Shown: positions 40,730 through 54,349, counted from the first letter of the stretch. The stretch is DNA of 64,000 nt from Lama glama (GCA_028534125.1 CM052817.1:59212001-59276000), one strand, 5' to 3'. The notes: a model not told the origin generated them from the letters alone. Numbers and translations: made by a program.

Positions 40730-42060
40730 TTGATATGCTAATATATTGAGTCTTCTGGTGTAGGAAAATGACATCTCTCATTTATTTTGGCCCTCTTTAG
40801 TTTCTCTCAGAAATGTTTTATAGTTTTTGGTAAACCAAACTTGCATGCCTGTGCTTAAATTTATGTCTTAGCTTTTTTGTATGTTTTAGCACTACTGCAA
40901 ATAGTATTTTAAAATTTCAATTTCTAGTTGTTAAAGCCTAGTTATAAAAATGTACTTGAATTTACAAGCTAACCATATATAAAGCAACCTTACTAAATTC
41001 ACTAGTAGTTCAAGTAGCTTTTCTTGTGGATTCCTTAGTATTTTCTACAGAGATAGTCATGTTGATGTAAAAATAGAATTTCAAATCTGCATGCTCTTCT
41101 TTCTTTTTTCTTGCCTTATTACACATTGAAGGATTTTCAGGACAGTTGTGAATACAAGTGGTGAGCACGGCCATTTGTTCTATCCCTGATTAAAGTAGGA
41201 AAGCATTCAGTCTTTCATCATTAGCTATTCTATCAGCTGAAAGCATTTTTGAAGATTACCTTCATCAGGATAAGGAAGTTCCCTTCTATTCTAGTGTGCT
41301 GAGAGTTTTTATTATAAATGAGTCTTGAATTTTATAAAATGCTTTTTATGCAACCATTGTGATGAACATATGGTTTTCCTCCTTCATTTTGCTAATGAGG
41401 TGAATTACACTGATTATTTTATAACATCTTTGAGATATAAATCTCAAAAATGAAATTCCACATTTTCAAATTGTATAACTCAGTAGTTTTTAGCATATTT
41501 ACAAAATTGTGTAATTATTGCAACTGTTGAATTCCAGAATATTTTTATCCAGTAAAGAAACTCTGTACCAACTTGCAGTCACTCTCCATTCCTCACTCCT
41601 ACAGCTCTTAGCAACTAATAATCTACTTTCTGACTCTACAGATTTGCATATTTTGTACATTTAATATAAATGGAATCTTACAATACATAGGTCTTTGCGT
41701 CTGGCTTCTTTGTCTTAGCATAGTAATTTCAAGTTTTATCCATGATAAAGGAAGTGTTAGTGTTTCATTACTTTTTGGGGGGTGAATAATATTCCATTGT
41801 ATGGCTATACTATATTTGTTTAGCCATGTGTCAGTTGAGTTCTTTTCACTTTTTCACTTTTACAAATAATACTATGAGCATTTATGTACAAGTTTTTGTA
41901 TGAAAATATGCTTTCATTTCTTTCTCCTGGGTATACACTTAGGAGAGAAATTGTTTGGTAATATGGTAACAATGTTTAGCTTTAAAGAACTACCATATTA
42001 TTTCGTAAAGCAGCTACACCACTTTACTATCCCACCAGCAACATGTGAGAGTTTCATTTT
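40730..42060 (-). mobile_element. Old L1M fragments (ORF2 piece ~40730-41420; 3'-end piece ~41420-42060)
   Basis: GGAAAGCATTCAGTCTTTCATCATTA, AGGAAGTTCCCTTCTATT; then AATCTACTTTCTGACTCTACAGATTTGC and GAATAATATTCCATTGTATGG. Confidence 0.8.
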
Positions 42061-42088
42061 ATACCACCTATGTGCTGAACACTTATAT

Positions 42089-42690
42089 TTACAGACCACT
42101 CTTCCGTCTGCTAGGTCACTTAATGCTTTCACCAGTTAATTGCATCTTATCAAAGATCAGCTGTGGCTGTCCAAAAATCAGTTTTTGCCAGTTTTACAGT
42201 AATCAGTGTAACTAAATGTTTTGTCAACAAATAAGAACGAATGCAAATAAAGAATACTTTTTCTTGAATTCTAAATTGAATTCTTTGGAAAGGCTTGATA
42301 AAAGCTATTTACTAAAAGAATGCAGACAAATTAGGTATGGACAAGACAATGTAAAAGATAGGAGGAACTTCACAAAATTGTGAAAAGATTCGAAATTCAA
42401 TTTACTTTGGAAGTTTCTAGACATTTCTCTACCATTTTAAAGAAAAGAAAGTGGAAATCATAGTTTATATTTTATGGGTATGGTTACAAAAGCAAAATGG
42501 ACAGACAAACCACAAAAACCGAAACAGAACTCTACTCAGTGGGCCCATTTACAAAAAAAAGGGCTTGAGCCTTTATAAAGATTGGTAAATTATTAAACAT
42601 ATGTTTCCAAGTTAACATAAATGTTTAAGAATTTATATTTGTATTATTTTTTAATGATTCTCAGTGTTTAAACTTTTAGTCAGTGAACTA
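42089..42690 (+). mobile_element. Ancient Tigger-like element retaining a decayed transposase N-terminus
   Basis: Degenerate CENP-B/pogo HTH-like text: AAATTGAATTCTTTGGAAAGGCTTGATAAA (KLNSLERLDK), AAATTAGGTATGGACAAGACA (KLGMDKT), TTATGGGTATGG (LWVW), CTCAGTGGGCCCATT (LSGPI). Confidence 0.6.
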
Positions 42691-43284
42691 CATATAAGAC
42701 AACTATCAAGCATTTTATACCATTGCATTGTATTTGATCTTAGAAACCATGTATTAAGTTTCCTTTTTAATTTTCTTTTTTGGATGTCAATCTCCCATTG
42801 AAATGGTGAAGTTCAGTAAATAGAATAATGAAAATAAAAATAACTTGATCAAACATGGGTTGGGTATATTTAAGGCATATGTTGCTCAGTTTTCAATGCA
42901 TGTCTTGCTCAGTTTAAAAGGGATAGGATGATTAAGCGGAATACACAGAATAAAATTTACATTTTAATTTTTTGTCTTAGTTTTGAAATTATAAAATCTT
43001 TATCATGGTAAAGATATCTTGTGTAAGAAAAATCTATATGCAGTAAAACAAAGATGATATTTAAGTACTCATGTGTGCCCATAAAATTGATTAATTCATA
43101 TATAAAAGATAACTCCTCAGAGTAACAATTAAACGGAGATACTCAAAGCCCTAAAGATAGACAGGCAAAGAAAAACAGAACATTTTTTCAAGGGCTTGAT
43201 AACAGAGTAAGATAGAAGTGTGTCTCATGTAGTAGTATACAAATCTCTAGAATTTGTGTTAACATGCAGAAGTTTTTTTAATAA

Positions 43285-43740
43285 GCTTTTAATTTTCAAA
43301 TATTTTATATTCCCATATACCTAACAAAGTATTATTAATTTGTTACATTAGTATGGTACAGTTATCATGATTAATGGAGCAATACTGATGCATTAATATG
43401 TTTTAAAAATCCATACTTTGATCAGTTTTTTCCAATTTTTTTTTTTGCTCCAGGATCCCATCCAGGATCCCAAATTATATTTAGACATTTATGTCTCTTT
43501 AGGTTGCAACAGTTTCTCAGACTCTTTATTTTTGATGACTTTGAGTGTTTTGAGGAGTATTGGTTAGGTATTTTTCAGAATGCCTCTCAATTGGGATTTG
43601 TCCAAGACCGTTTCTCATGACTAGACTGAGGGTATCAGTTTTTGTGAGGAGGACCAAAGAGTTAAGTATCATTCTCATCACACCATATCAAGGATATTTA
43701 CTTCTTAAAATATGTATACCTTAAAATTCACTCAGTGCTG
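43285..43740 (-). mobile_element. Old L1MC/MD-like 3' region, left half (resumes at 48868)
   Basis: CAGGATCCCATCCAGGATCCCA...TTTTGAGGAGTATTGGTTAGGTATTT...TTGGGATTTGTC. Confidence 0.7.
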
Positions 43741-46700
43741 GTTGTTCTAGTCAAAATGGTGGAGTAGCACGGTTATAAGCTCCCCTCCTCTCACAAACAC
43801 AACAAAATCACAACTGACTGCTGAACAGCCATTAGATCTTTTCTAACTGGAAAAAGATCTTTTCTAACTGGAAACATAAAGAGAACCAGAGTGATGGTAG
43901 GAAGTACATGCATGCAATATAATCAGGCCCCATACCCCACAGGTGAGCAATCCATAAGCTGGAGAATAATTACATTGCAGAAGTGTACCCACAGGACTGA
44001 GAATTCTGAGCCCCATGTCAGGCTCTCCAGCCTGGGGGTCCAGCATTAGGAGAAGGGGCCCCCAGAGCATTTGGCTTTGAAGGCCAGGGGGGCTTAACCA
44101 CAGGAGCACCACAGGACTAGGGGAAGCAGAGACTTTATTCTTAAAGAGCACACACAGAGTCTCACATGTACCAGAACCAAGGGCAGAAGTAGTGAAATTT
44201 CATAGGCGCCTGGGCCAGACCTGCCTACTGGGCTTGGAGGGTCTCCGGGGTGGTGGGGAGCAGCTGTGACTTACATGGGGGACATAAAAACTGGTGGTGG
44301 GTGTTCAGGGAGTATTCAGTCTCATTAACTTTCCAGGAGGCTGACATCTTGCTTGGGTCATGAGTATCAAGACCTGGACCCACTCAATAGACTGCAGGAT
44401 TAAGTCCTGGGATGCCTAAGCCAAACAACTATGTGGAACACAGCCCCACCTAAGGGCTTCCTGACCCCACAGCTGCCTCTAGACATGCCCTTAGACATGA
44501 CCCTGCCCACCAGAGAGCCAGGATCCAGCTCTATCCACAGTGGGCAGGCACCGACTCTTCCCACCAGGAAACCTGCATAAGCCACTTGTCCAGCTTCACC
44601 CACCAGAAGCAAGAAAACAACAACCCTACAACCTATGGAATGAGTCCACAGATGCAGTCCAGACTCTATCCTGGGATCATCTGGCCCCCAGTCCTTGGGT
44701 GATGAGAGGGGAGTGCATGGCTGTGAAGCATAGGATATCACCTACAGAGGGCCAGTTCTCCAAGGTCAAGAAACATAACTCAACTATCACATACATAAAA
44801 ATACAAATTTATTTGTAATGAGGCAGCAGAGGAGTATGTTCCAGGCAAAGGAACAAGATAAAATCCCACAAAAAGAACTACACAGGAAAAGAGTTCAGAG
44901 TAATGACTGTGAAGATGATTAGAGAAATTAGAAGAATAGATGAACAGAGTGAGAGGTTAGAAGTTTTTACCAGAGTTAGAAAATATAAAGAAAACCCAAA
45001 CAGAGATGAACACAATTACTGAAAAAAATAACACACTAGAGGGAAACATGAATAGACTAAATGAGGCAGAAGAACAGATCAGTGACCTAGAAGACAGAGT
45101 AGTGGAAATCACTACTGCAGAACAGAAAAGAGAAAGAAGAACAAAAAGAAATGAGGATAGTTTAAGAGACCTCTGGGACAACATGAAGCACACTAATATT
45201 CACATTATAGGGGTCCCAGAAAGAGAAGAGAGAAAGGACCTGAGAAAATGTTTGAAGAGAAAAAAGTTGAAAACTTCCCTAACTTGGGAAAGGAAATAGC
45301 CAAGTCTAGGAAGTGAAGAGAGTCCCATACCGGATTAACTTAAAGAGGAGCACACTGAGGCACACAGCAATCAAACTGATAAGAATTAAAAGATAAAGAG
45401 AAAATATTGAAAGCCACAAGAGAAAAGCAACAAATAATATACAAGGGAACTCCCATAAGATTATCAGCTGATTTTTCAGCAGAAACTCTACAGGCCAGAA
45501 AGGAGTGTCATAATATACTTAAAGTGATGAAAGGAAAAAACCTACAACCTACAAGAATATTCTACCCAGCAAGGCTCTCATTCAGATTTGATGAAAAAAT
45601 CAAAAGCTTTTCAGATAAGCAAAAGCTAAAAGAATTCAGCACCAAACCAGCTTCACAACAAATGCCAAAAGAACTTCTCTATGTAGAAAAGAGAAGACCA
45701 CTACTAGAAACAAGAGAATTACTAAATGAGAAAGTTCACCAGTAAAGACAGACAGACAGTAAAAGCAGGAAACCATCCACACACAGACTAACAGGGAAGT
45801 TAAAAGACAAAAGCAGTAAAATCATCTGTATCCACAGTAAGCAATGAAAGGATATACAAAACAATTAGATGTAAAATATGATATCAAAACCAGTAATCAT
45901 GAGGGGAGGAGAGTATGAATGCAGAGTATCTAAAATGTGTTTGAAATTAAGAAATTAGCAAGTTAAAGCAATCATGTATATAAATATAATTCTATACCAA
46001 AACCTTGTGGGAACCACAAACCAAAAATCCATAACAGATATACACACAAAAAAGAAAAAGGAATCTAGACATAATGCCAGAGACAGTCATCAAATCACAA
46101 GAGAACAAAAGAAAAAAGGAGAAAAAAAGATCTACAAAAAACAAATCCAAAACAATTAACAAAATGACAATAAGAACGTATATATCGATAATTACCTTAA
46201 ATGTATACAGATTAAACACTCCACCCAAAAGACACAGACTGGCTGAATGGACCCATATACATGCTGTCTACAAGAACCATACAAGACCTTGCTACAAAAG
46301 CAAGACGTGCACATACGCTGTCTATAAAAGACCCACTTCAGAGCTAGAGACACATACAGGCTAAAAGTGAGGGGATGCAAAAAGGTATTCCATGCAAATG
46401 GAAACCAAAAGAAAGTTGGAGTAGTAATACATATATCAGACAAAATAGATTTAAGACTGTTACAAGAGGCAAAGGACACTGTATAATAATCTAAGGATCA
46501 GTCCAAGAAGATATAACAATGGGAACACTTGAATAAAAGCCAACTGTTAACATACATAAAAGGAGAAATTACCAGTAACACAATAACAGTGAGAGACCTT
46601 AACACCCCACATGCATCAATGGACAGATCATCTAGACAGAAAATCAATAATATAGGTGTTAAATGACACATTAGACTAGATGGACTTGGTATTTATAGAG

Positions 46701-48867
46701 CATTCCATCCAAACGCAACAGAATACACATTCTTCTCAAGTGCGCATGGAACAATCTCCAGGATAGATCACATGTTGACCCACAAGCAAACCTCAGTAAA
46801 TTTAAGAAAATTGAAATCATATCAACCGTCTTTTCCAACCACAACACGAGACTAGAAATCAACTGCAAGAGAAAGACTGAAAAAACCACGAACACATGAA
46901 GGCTAAACAATATGCTACTAAACAACCAGTGGATCACTGAAGAAACCAAAGAGAAAACAAAATACTTAGAGACAGATAAAAATGAAAACACTATGATCTG
47001 GGATGCAACAAAAGCAGTCCTAAGAGGGAACTTTATAGCAGTATGAGATTACCTCAGGAAATAAGAACAATCTCGAATAAAAAACCCAGCCTTATACCTA
47101 AAGCAATTAGAGAAAGAAGAACAAACAACACCTCTAGTAGAAGGAAAGAAATCATAAAGATTAGAGCAGAAAAGAAGTGAAATAGAGAATAAAAAGAAAA
47201 GATCAATGAAACTTAAAGCTGTTTCTTTGAAAAGATTAAAACCTTTGGTCAGACTCATCAAGAAAAAAGGGAGAGGGCTCAAATTAAAATCAGAAATGAA
47301 AACAGAGAAGTGAGAACTGACACCACATATACAAAGGACCATAAAAGACTACTATGAGCAAACATATGTCAACAAAATGGACAAACTTGAAGAAATGGAC
47401 AATTTCTTAGAAAGGTACAGTTTGCCAAGACTGAGCCAGGAAGAAATAGAAAATGTAAACTATTTCAAATAGCCAAGACATGGAAACAACCTAAATGTCC
47501 ATCAACAGATGACTGGATAAAGATGTGGTATATTTATACAATGGAATACTATTCAGCCATAAAAACCGACAACATAATGCCATTTGCAGCAACGTGGATG
47601 CTCCTGGAGAATGCCTTTCTAAGTGAAGTAAGCCAGAAAGAGAAAGAAAAATACCATATGAGACTGCTCATATGTGGAATCTAAAAAACAAAAACAAAAA
47701 CAAAAAAACAAAGCATAAATACAAAACAGAAATAGACTCAGACATAGAATACAAACTTGTGGTTGCCAAGGGGCAGAGGGTGGGAAGGGATAGACAGGAT
47801 TTCAACATTGTACAATAGATAAACAAGATTATACTGTATAGCACAGGGAAATATACACAAGATTTTATGGTAGCTTACAGAGAAAAAAATGTGACAATGA
47901 ATATATGTGTGCTCATGTATGACTGAGAAATTGTGCTCTACACTGGAATTTGACACAACATTGTAAAATGATTATAAATCAATAAAAAATGTTAAATAAA
48001 TAAAAGGGAAAAAAAAGAAAATGTAAACAAACAAATTACCAGTACTGAAATTGCACCAGTAATTTAAAAACTCCCAACAAACATCCAGGACCAGATGGCT
48101 TCACAGGGAAATTCTACTAAACATTTAGAGAAGAGTTAAAGCCTATCCTTCTGAAACTATTCCAAAAAAATTGAAGAGGAAGGAACATTTCTGAACTCAT
48201 TCTATGAGGCCACCATCACCTTGATACCAAAACCAGATAAAGATATCACAAAAAGTGAAAATTACAGACCAATATCATTTATGAATATAGATGCAAAAAT
48301 CCTCAACAAAATACTAGCAAATTAACTCCAACAATACATTAAAAGGGTCATACACCATGATCAAGTGAGATTTATCCCAGGAATACAAGGATTTTTCAAT
48401 ATCTACAAATCAATGTGATATACCACATTAACAAACTGAAGAATAAAAAACATGATTATCTCAATAGATGCAGAAAAAGCTTTTGATAAAATTCAACATC
48501 TATTTATGTTAAAAACTCTCCAGAAAATGGGCAAGAGGGAACACACTTCAACATAATAAAGGCTGTATCTGACAATTTACAGACAGCATCATACTCAATG
48601 GTGAGAAGCTGAAAGCATTCCCTCTAAGGTCAGGAAGAAGACAAGGATGCCCACTCTCACCACATATATTCAACAGTGTTGGAAGTCCTAGCCGCAGCAA
48701 TCAGAAGGAAAAGAAAGAAAATGAATCTAAACTGGAAAAGAAGTAAAACTGTCACTGTTTGCAGGTGACATGATACTATACATAGAGAATCCTAAAGATA
48801 CCACCAGAAAACTACTAGAGCTCATCAATGAATTCAGTAAAGCTGCAGGACCCCAAAATTCATATAC
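43741..48867 (+). mobile_element. LINE-1 with intact 5' end, truncated within ORF2 RT, no 3'UTR or poly-A
   Basis: Starts ...CAAAATGGTGGAGTAG. 5'UTR to ~44815; ORF1 remnants (45006..45299, 45407..45745 with KGTPIRLSADFSAETLQARKE); ORF2 ATG at 46164 (MTIRTYISIITLNV); last motif SKAAG ~48850. Perfect TSD AAAATTCACTCAGTGCTG at 43723-43740 and 48868-48885. Confidence 0.93.
47461..48015 (+). mobile_element. Young 5'-truncated L1 3' end nested in ORF2 of the host L1
   Basis: Same family as 27548-28016 (TGACACAACATTGTAAAATGATTATAAATCAATAAAAAATGTTAAA); A-rich tail; TSD AGAAAATGTAAAC at 47448-47460 and 48016-48028. Confidence 0.93.
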
Positions 48868-49170
48868 AAAATTCACTCAGTGCTGTGAAATTCTATGGGT
48901 CTTGACAAACGCATAGTGTCATGCATCTACCATTATAGTATCATACATAATAGCTTTATTGCCCTAAGATTTTCTGTTTTTATTTAGTAGAGCCCCTTCA
49001 AACAAAGCTCCTGATTATCATTTTTCTGCTTATAATTTTGCCTTTCCCAATATGTCCTATGATCATACAGTATATAGTTACCTCAGAGTGGTTTCTTTTA
49101 CTTTGAAATACGTGTTTAAGGTACATCTGCATCTTTTTCTGGATTTTATACATAAATTTTTACATGAATA
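48868..49170 (-). mobile_element. Old L1MC/MD-like 3' region, right half
   Basis: ATTCTATGGGTCTTGACAAACGCATAGTGTCATGCATCTACCATTATAGTATCATAC...TTTTGCCTTTCCC. Confidence 0.65.
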
Positions 49171-52100
49171 CCATAATAACGTTTTATCCAACTTTTTGCC
49201 AATTAAAAATCTATATTAGAGACAATTCCTTCCATGTCAGTACACACAGACCTCTTCATTTTTCAAACTATGATGCAATATACCAGAAAACAGATAGTCT
49301 ATTTAAACCTCCCACTAATGATGGATATTAGTGGTTTCTGATTTTTTTGCTATTACAAATAGGTCTTCACTGAATTGTTTTATAGCTTTGAATTTGCATA
49401 TTTGTTCAACTATTTTATAGATAGCATGAGGCTATTTAGAAAATACTTGATTTGTTGGTTGAAGTTATTGCACTGTTCACTTTATTTGAATATTTATTTT
49501 GAGAGAATTTTAGATTTACAATGCAATGACAATGCAGAGTTCCTGTATAACCCTTCCTCTAACTTTCTTAATGTTAACATTTTCCATTTAACCATGGTTA
49601 TGTATCTTATATTTGATATATAATAAGCTTGCCTTCCAAGGAAGCTGCATCAATTTATACAACTTCCAATAGTCTATAAAGAAAACTTTTCTACGTATTT
49701 TTAATAGTGAATGTCACTTGAATTTTGTCAACCCGATATATACATATATTGTTACTTAAATATCATTTTTTCTGATTTTAGTGAAGATTAGTATCTTTTC
49801 ATATGCCTGTTGTCAATTTTTATGATGTTTTGATGATTCTTCTGTATATTTTCTTTGAGCATTTTGTCATATATTCCTCTTAGTTTCTCTCAACCTCACA
49901 TGGCTCCAACATAATCAACTGTCAATTACCTCAGCAACAAAGCTGTTCTTGGTTTTCGTCTTTTCACTCTACCTCATTTCTTATTTCTCTCAATCTTCCT
50001 GCCCTGAGATTGCATCTTACAATAAAGCAATGCCACCTAAACCAGACCTCATGCTTTTTTTTTCAGCGGAGTTTGGATTAAGACACCATTTTCCTCTTGA
50101 GCAGTGTTTTTATCAATTTGCAAAATACCATGACGTATTATGGTAATTATTTCTGTTACATATGTACTAATTATTATTGTGTATGCCTGTCTATGAAGTT
50201 TATTTTATACTACCTCTCACTGTATAAAAGACACACATATTTCATTCTATCATTTTTCACTTTATGATTTCTGGAGAGTCCTATGTTGCTTGGGAAGGCT
50301 TTCTCCATCCCAAGATTTTACAATTCCTACTAAAGTATAATATTTAAAATTTTTCTCCTCAATTCACTTGAAATTATTTTTATGATGATGGCAGGCAGAA
50401 ATTGATTTAGACTTCAAAGGTGAGCTTCTAATTTACTTTATTCCCAATAGTCTTCACTTAGCATATAAAGTCTTCTAGAACACATCTGGGGGAAAATCGG
50501 AAGAATCTATACTCAAATTATCAAAAAGCCACTTTCCCTTTAATTTCAACATGACAGGCCTAATAGCATAACTCAGACATAGGTGAGACCAAAAATCCTT
50601 TTGTAGGTTCATTTCCCTTGCACTTCCATTTCAGGGAATTTATTTTTCTTCTTTAAATCTTAAAAAAAAAAAAAAAAACCAATAGCTTGCTGAGTTAATT
50701 GACACAGAACCATCAGCATACTTTTTTGGTCAATTTAAATTCAGGACTATTATAACCCAATTATCACCTTTGTGCCAACTAGAGAGAAAAAATCTGTCCC
50801 CTCTAGTTGAATGCAGCTCTGTAGGTAGGCAGCATCTCTGCACACATTAGAGGCTCCAACTCAGGACCAAAGCAACCCCAGCTCAAAGAGCATGGAGAGC
50901 CTCGCTCAGCTGGATTTCTGCTCATGCCGGCCTCCTCAACCTGATGCGCCAGCATAGTGAGCCGGCTCCAACCTGTGCTGGGCTCTGCTTACGGCAAAGC
51001 CGTCTACGCCCTCTCCCTCTAATACGTATGGCAAGATGGATTCACTCCTTGAAGGAAAGCAGAAGATAATTTGAACATACTATAAAAACAAGGGCGATAG
51101 GAGTGAAGTACATCATAAAATTCTTAGATCTTTCTTCTAAGGCTCTTGACTCCCTGGAGACTCCTCAGAAGCTGAGGGCTTCCCTGAGGTAGACACATCT
51201 CCCTGCTATTTTGTGCTAAAGATTAAATGCAGTAACCTTATCCCCTATTTCAACTCATGTGAGCGTTCTTACTTCCTGCAAAGCAATCCCTTTTTATTCT
51301 CCACAAATAGAGTGGTACAGAACATTCTGTTTCTATTAAATGTATTCTTTCTTTTAATATTCAAAATACCTTTTAAATCAATGCATTCATTTTTTCAAGG
51401 ATAAAACCATCTCATCATATATTGACAATGCATCATTTTCACGCACTTTAATAATTCATTATTTTTTGCACTTTATACCCCATTTCTAACTCCATTCTTA
51501 TCTCCTCCCATTCAATTACCATAATTTTATAAGATATATTCCCCCAAGATATATGTTGCTGTTTTACATTATAAGTTTTGTTTTTCTTACTTTTATATTC
51601 AACATGTTTTTGAGCTCAGTATGAGTATATGTAAATCCAGTTAATTACTTTTAATTGATCCAGAGATAAATATATAATTTATATATAATACTTGCACTTA
51701 TCCATTCTTCTAGTATTGGATTTCCTGTGTTTGTACCCTGTGGACTTTGCTAATTCCCTGTGGTTTTTATCTCCTTATAGTACTTCCTTTCCTGGGATGG
51801 CCTTTCTTAGCATGGTTAGGTTTCTGACTCTAGAGATACCACTTTCTAAACTGAGAAATCACACCTACACAGATATTCCTCGGGTGGTGTATGCACGAGA
51901 AAGAGAAAGCACACACAATCCATAATACACATTTTTCACCAAAGATTGGTTCCTATGAGCCATTTTTAATGCATTTAATTTTTTTAAATAACTGGACACC
52001 GGATCTTCACTTGGTATTTGATTCACAACTACATCACCCTAGTTTTGACCATTTCTGGTACTTTTAATAATACTATCAGAAAAATCCTATGCCACTGAGT

Positions 52101-53427
52101 CAGATCCATTTTTTCATATTTTTTAAGACACTGATTAATCTCCTGATTTGTGTACACAGCCCTTCCTGATATTCCATAGCTGTATTTCAGCAGCTTGACA
52201 CTGCAAATAATTGGAAATACACTTTTTGTGTGCTTTTGCATATGACAGTCATCCAGTCTGAAAAAAAAATCATATTTTCTTTAGTTTACTGTGCTTAATT
52301 TAAGATCAGGCAGTGGGGGGTGGTGGTCATTACTAGCTGCTAATCCATATGTACTCAACTCTGGGCATCTAGCTGTGAATGCACATATACTACAATTGTA
52401 TCACCTCAGCAGCTGGCAAATTTTGGGGAATATGAGGCACCCAGTTCTACTCTGTGCTCCCCTAAATTTGGCAATGTGTGATGAAAATTAAGTCATGTTG
52501 AATCATGGCCTCAAGTCACTAAAATGAATGTGGTCTAATATAACATGCATTTTAAAATTTAAAAACCCCTGCACTTCTAACTTTAGAATCCACAAGGAAA
52601 TAGTCTCCATTTAGATAAAGATATAAAATCCTACCTCTTCAGTTTCACTTAAGCATCACAGTAAGAGAACAGAAGATAAGGCATATCCAGAATCAACAAG
52701 TAATTTAGCTTCTTTACCAGTTTCCATGGCAACCTTACTGTATAAAACTAAGAAAATGCATTTTAAAAAATTCAGATTGCTGTGGCCTTGGTCATTGACA
52801 CTTTCAGCATTACTTTCTTCAACACAATGTATAAAGCAAACAATTACACATCCTAGGCAGAATTTTGATACTGCATATAAGGATTTTTATAAACACTAAT
52901 GCAAGACCGTCAGTGTATAGTAAATGAAGCAAAAATTTTCCTTTTTAGAAGTCAACTTAAAAAATTATGAACTCTTGCCTATGAAATGACTGACATGAAC
53001 TAGTCTGTAAATTGCCAGTTTAAAAGGGATTTACACAGGCTGGGTCTGTCCCATCTGCTCCTGAGATAAAATGCCTCTCACGCTAGTCCCCTGGAATTTC
53101 ATTGCTGATCCTGTCACTGAAGATGAATGACTTGTCCAGGTTGTCCCAATAGCATCAATAGCAGCCTTAAAAGCCTTCAGAATGGATCCTCTGGGACTCT
53201 AATTTTTGAAAATAAAGATGCACTTTGAATTGTGGAGTCCTCCTGGTTCTGAAAGAGGAAAGGTGATGCTGTGACACTTGGTGCTTGATTCTCATACTTC
53301 AGAGCTCTAATGTGTACACATGAACAAATATATCTGATTCCTCTGTCACAGCAATGCCTATAGTTCTACAGCACAATGCTGTTTGCTGTCTGGGGTTAGG
53401 GTCTTCACATGATGTTTTCCTGCTATG

Positions 53428-53498
53428 GGTGTGGGTGTATATATATATATACATATATATATATATGTATATATGTGTGTGTGTGTACATATATATAT
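53428..53498. repeat. Compound (TA)n/(TG)n microsatellite
   Basis: Read directly; it explains the low-complexity YIYI/THTH ORFs. Confidence 0.9.
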
Positions 53499-54349
53499 GG
53501 AGGATTTATTACTTGCAGCAAGTAAGGAAAACATCGAGGATCTTTCCCAGAGCAGTGTCTTTCCTGCCATGTGTATTTTAACAGATGATATTCTTAAATG
53601 GTTCCTGGCATTTTAGTCCAGGTCCCTGATAACTTCTGAAATTTTTAAATGGGCATGTTCTTTATAGAATCATATTTAATTTTTAAGTTTTACTCTTTTT
53701 TCATTATTGATTTGCTTTCACCTTTCTATTTGAATTTATTCTTCATATTTGATCATTCTAAATAAAACTTGTTTGAGTGCATATTTCCAGGTTAAGGAGG
53801 GAACAGTGGATAAGATAGGGTCCCTGTCACTAACAAATGTTTGTGCAGGGTTCTAGGGAAAAACACAATTTATCCCAAGGATGTCATGAAAATCTTCTAG
53901 GATTTTTATTACTAAGTAAAACTTTTTCTAGAGAAGGAGGAATTATCTACTTAAAGAACTGAAGGAATTGTTTTTGGCAGAAAGAATCTCAGGTGTGAGA
54001 GGATGGAGTATAAAAGAGATTGGCAGATGAACAGAACTAGAAAGAAATATTACAAATGCCACATACATGTGAGAGCAGAGGGAAATGAAGCTAAAAAGTG
54101 TGGTAAGTAATGAAAAGTATGGGACACTGTTATAAAATCATATGCAAATATTTTGTAACTGTCTTTGCATCTAACAAAGTTTGCTTGTGCTGGGAAGATG
54201 TAATAAAGAATAGGGAAGCACAAGGTAAGAGACATGGAGGCCATCTGAGTCATTTTAAAAAATGTATGTAAGAATTGATAAGAACCTCAATACATCTATT
54301 AGAAGTAGGAATGAGAAGAGAACAGGGTATCGCTAAGGTGTGTTAAGTA

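Noticed and set aside
52029..52257. Minus-strand 70-aa ORF preceded by a T-rich acceptor-like site
   Set aside because: No recognisable protein similarity; length is compatible with chance.
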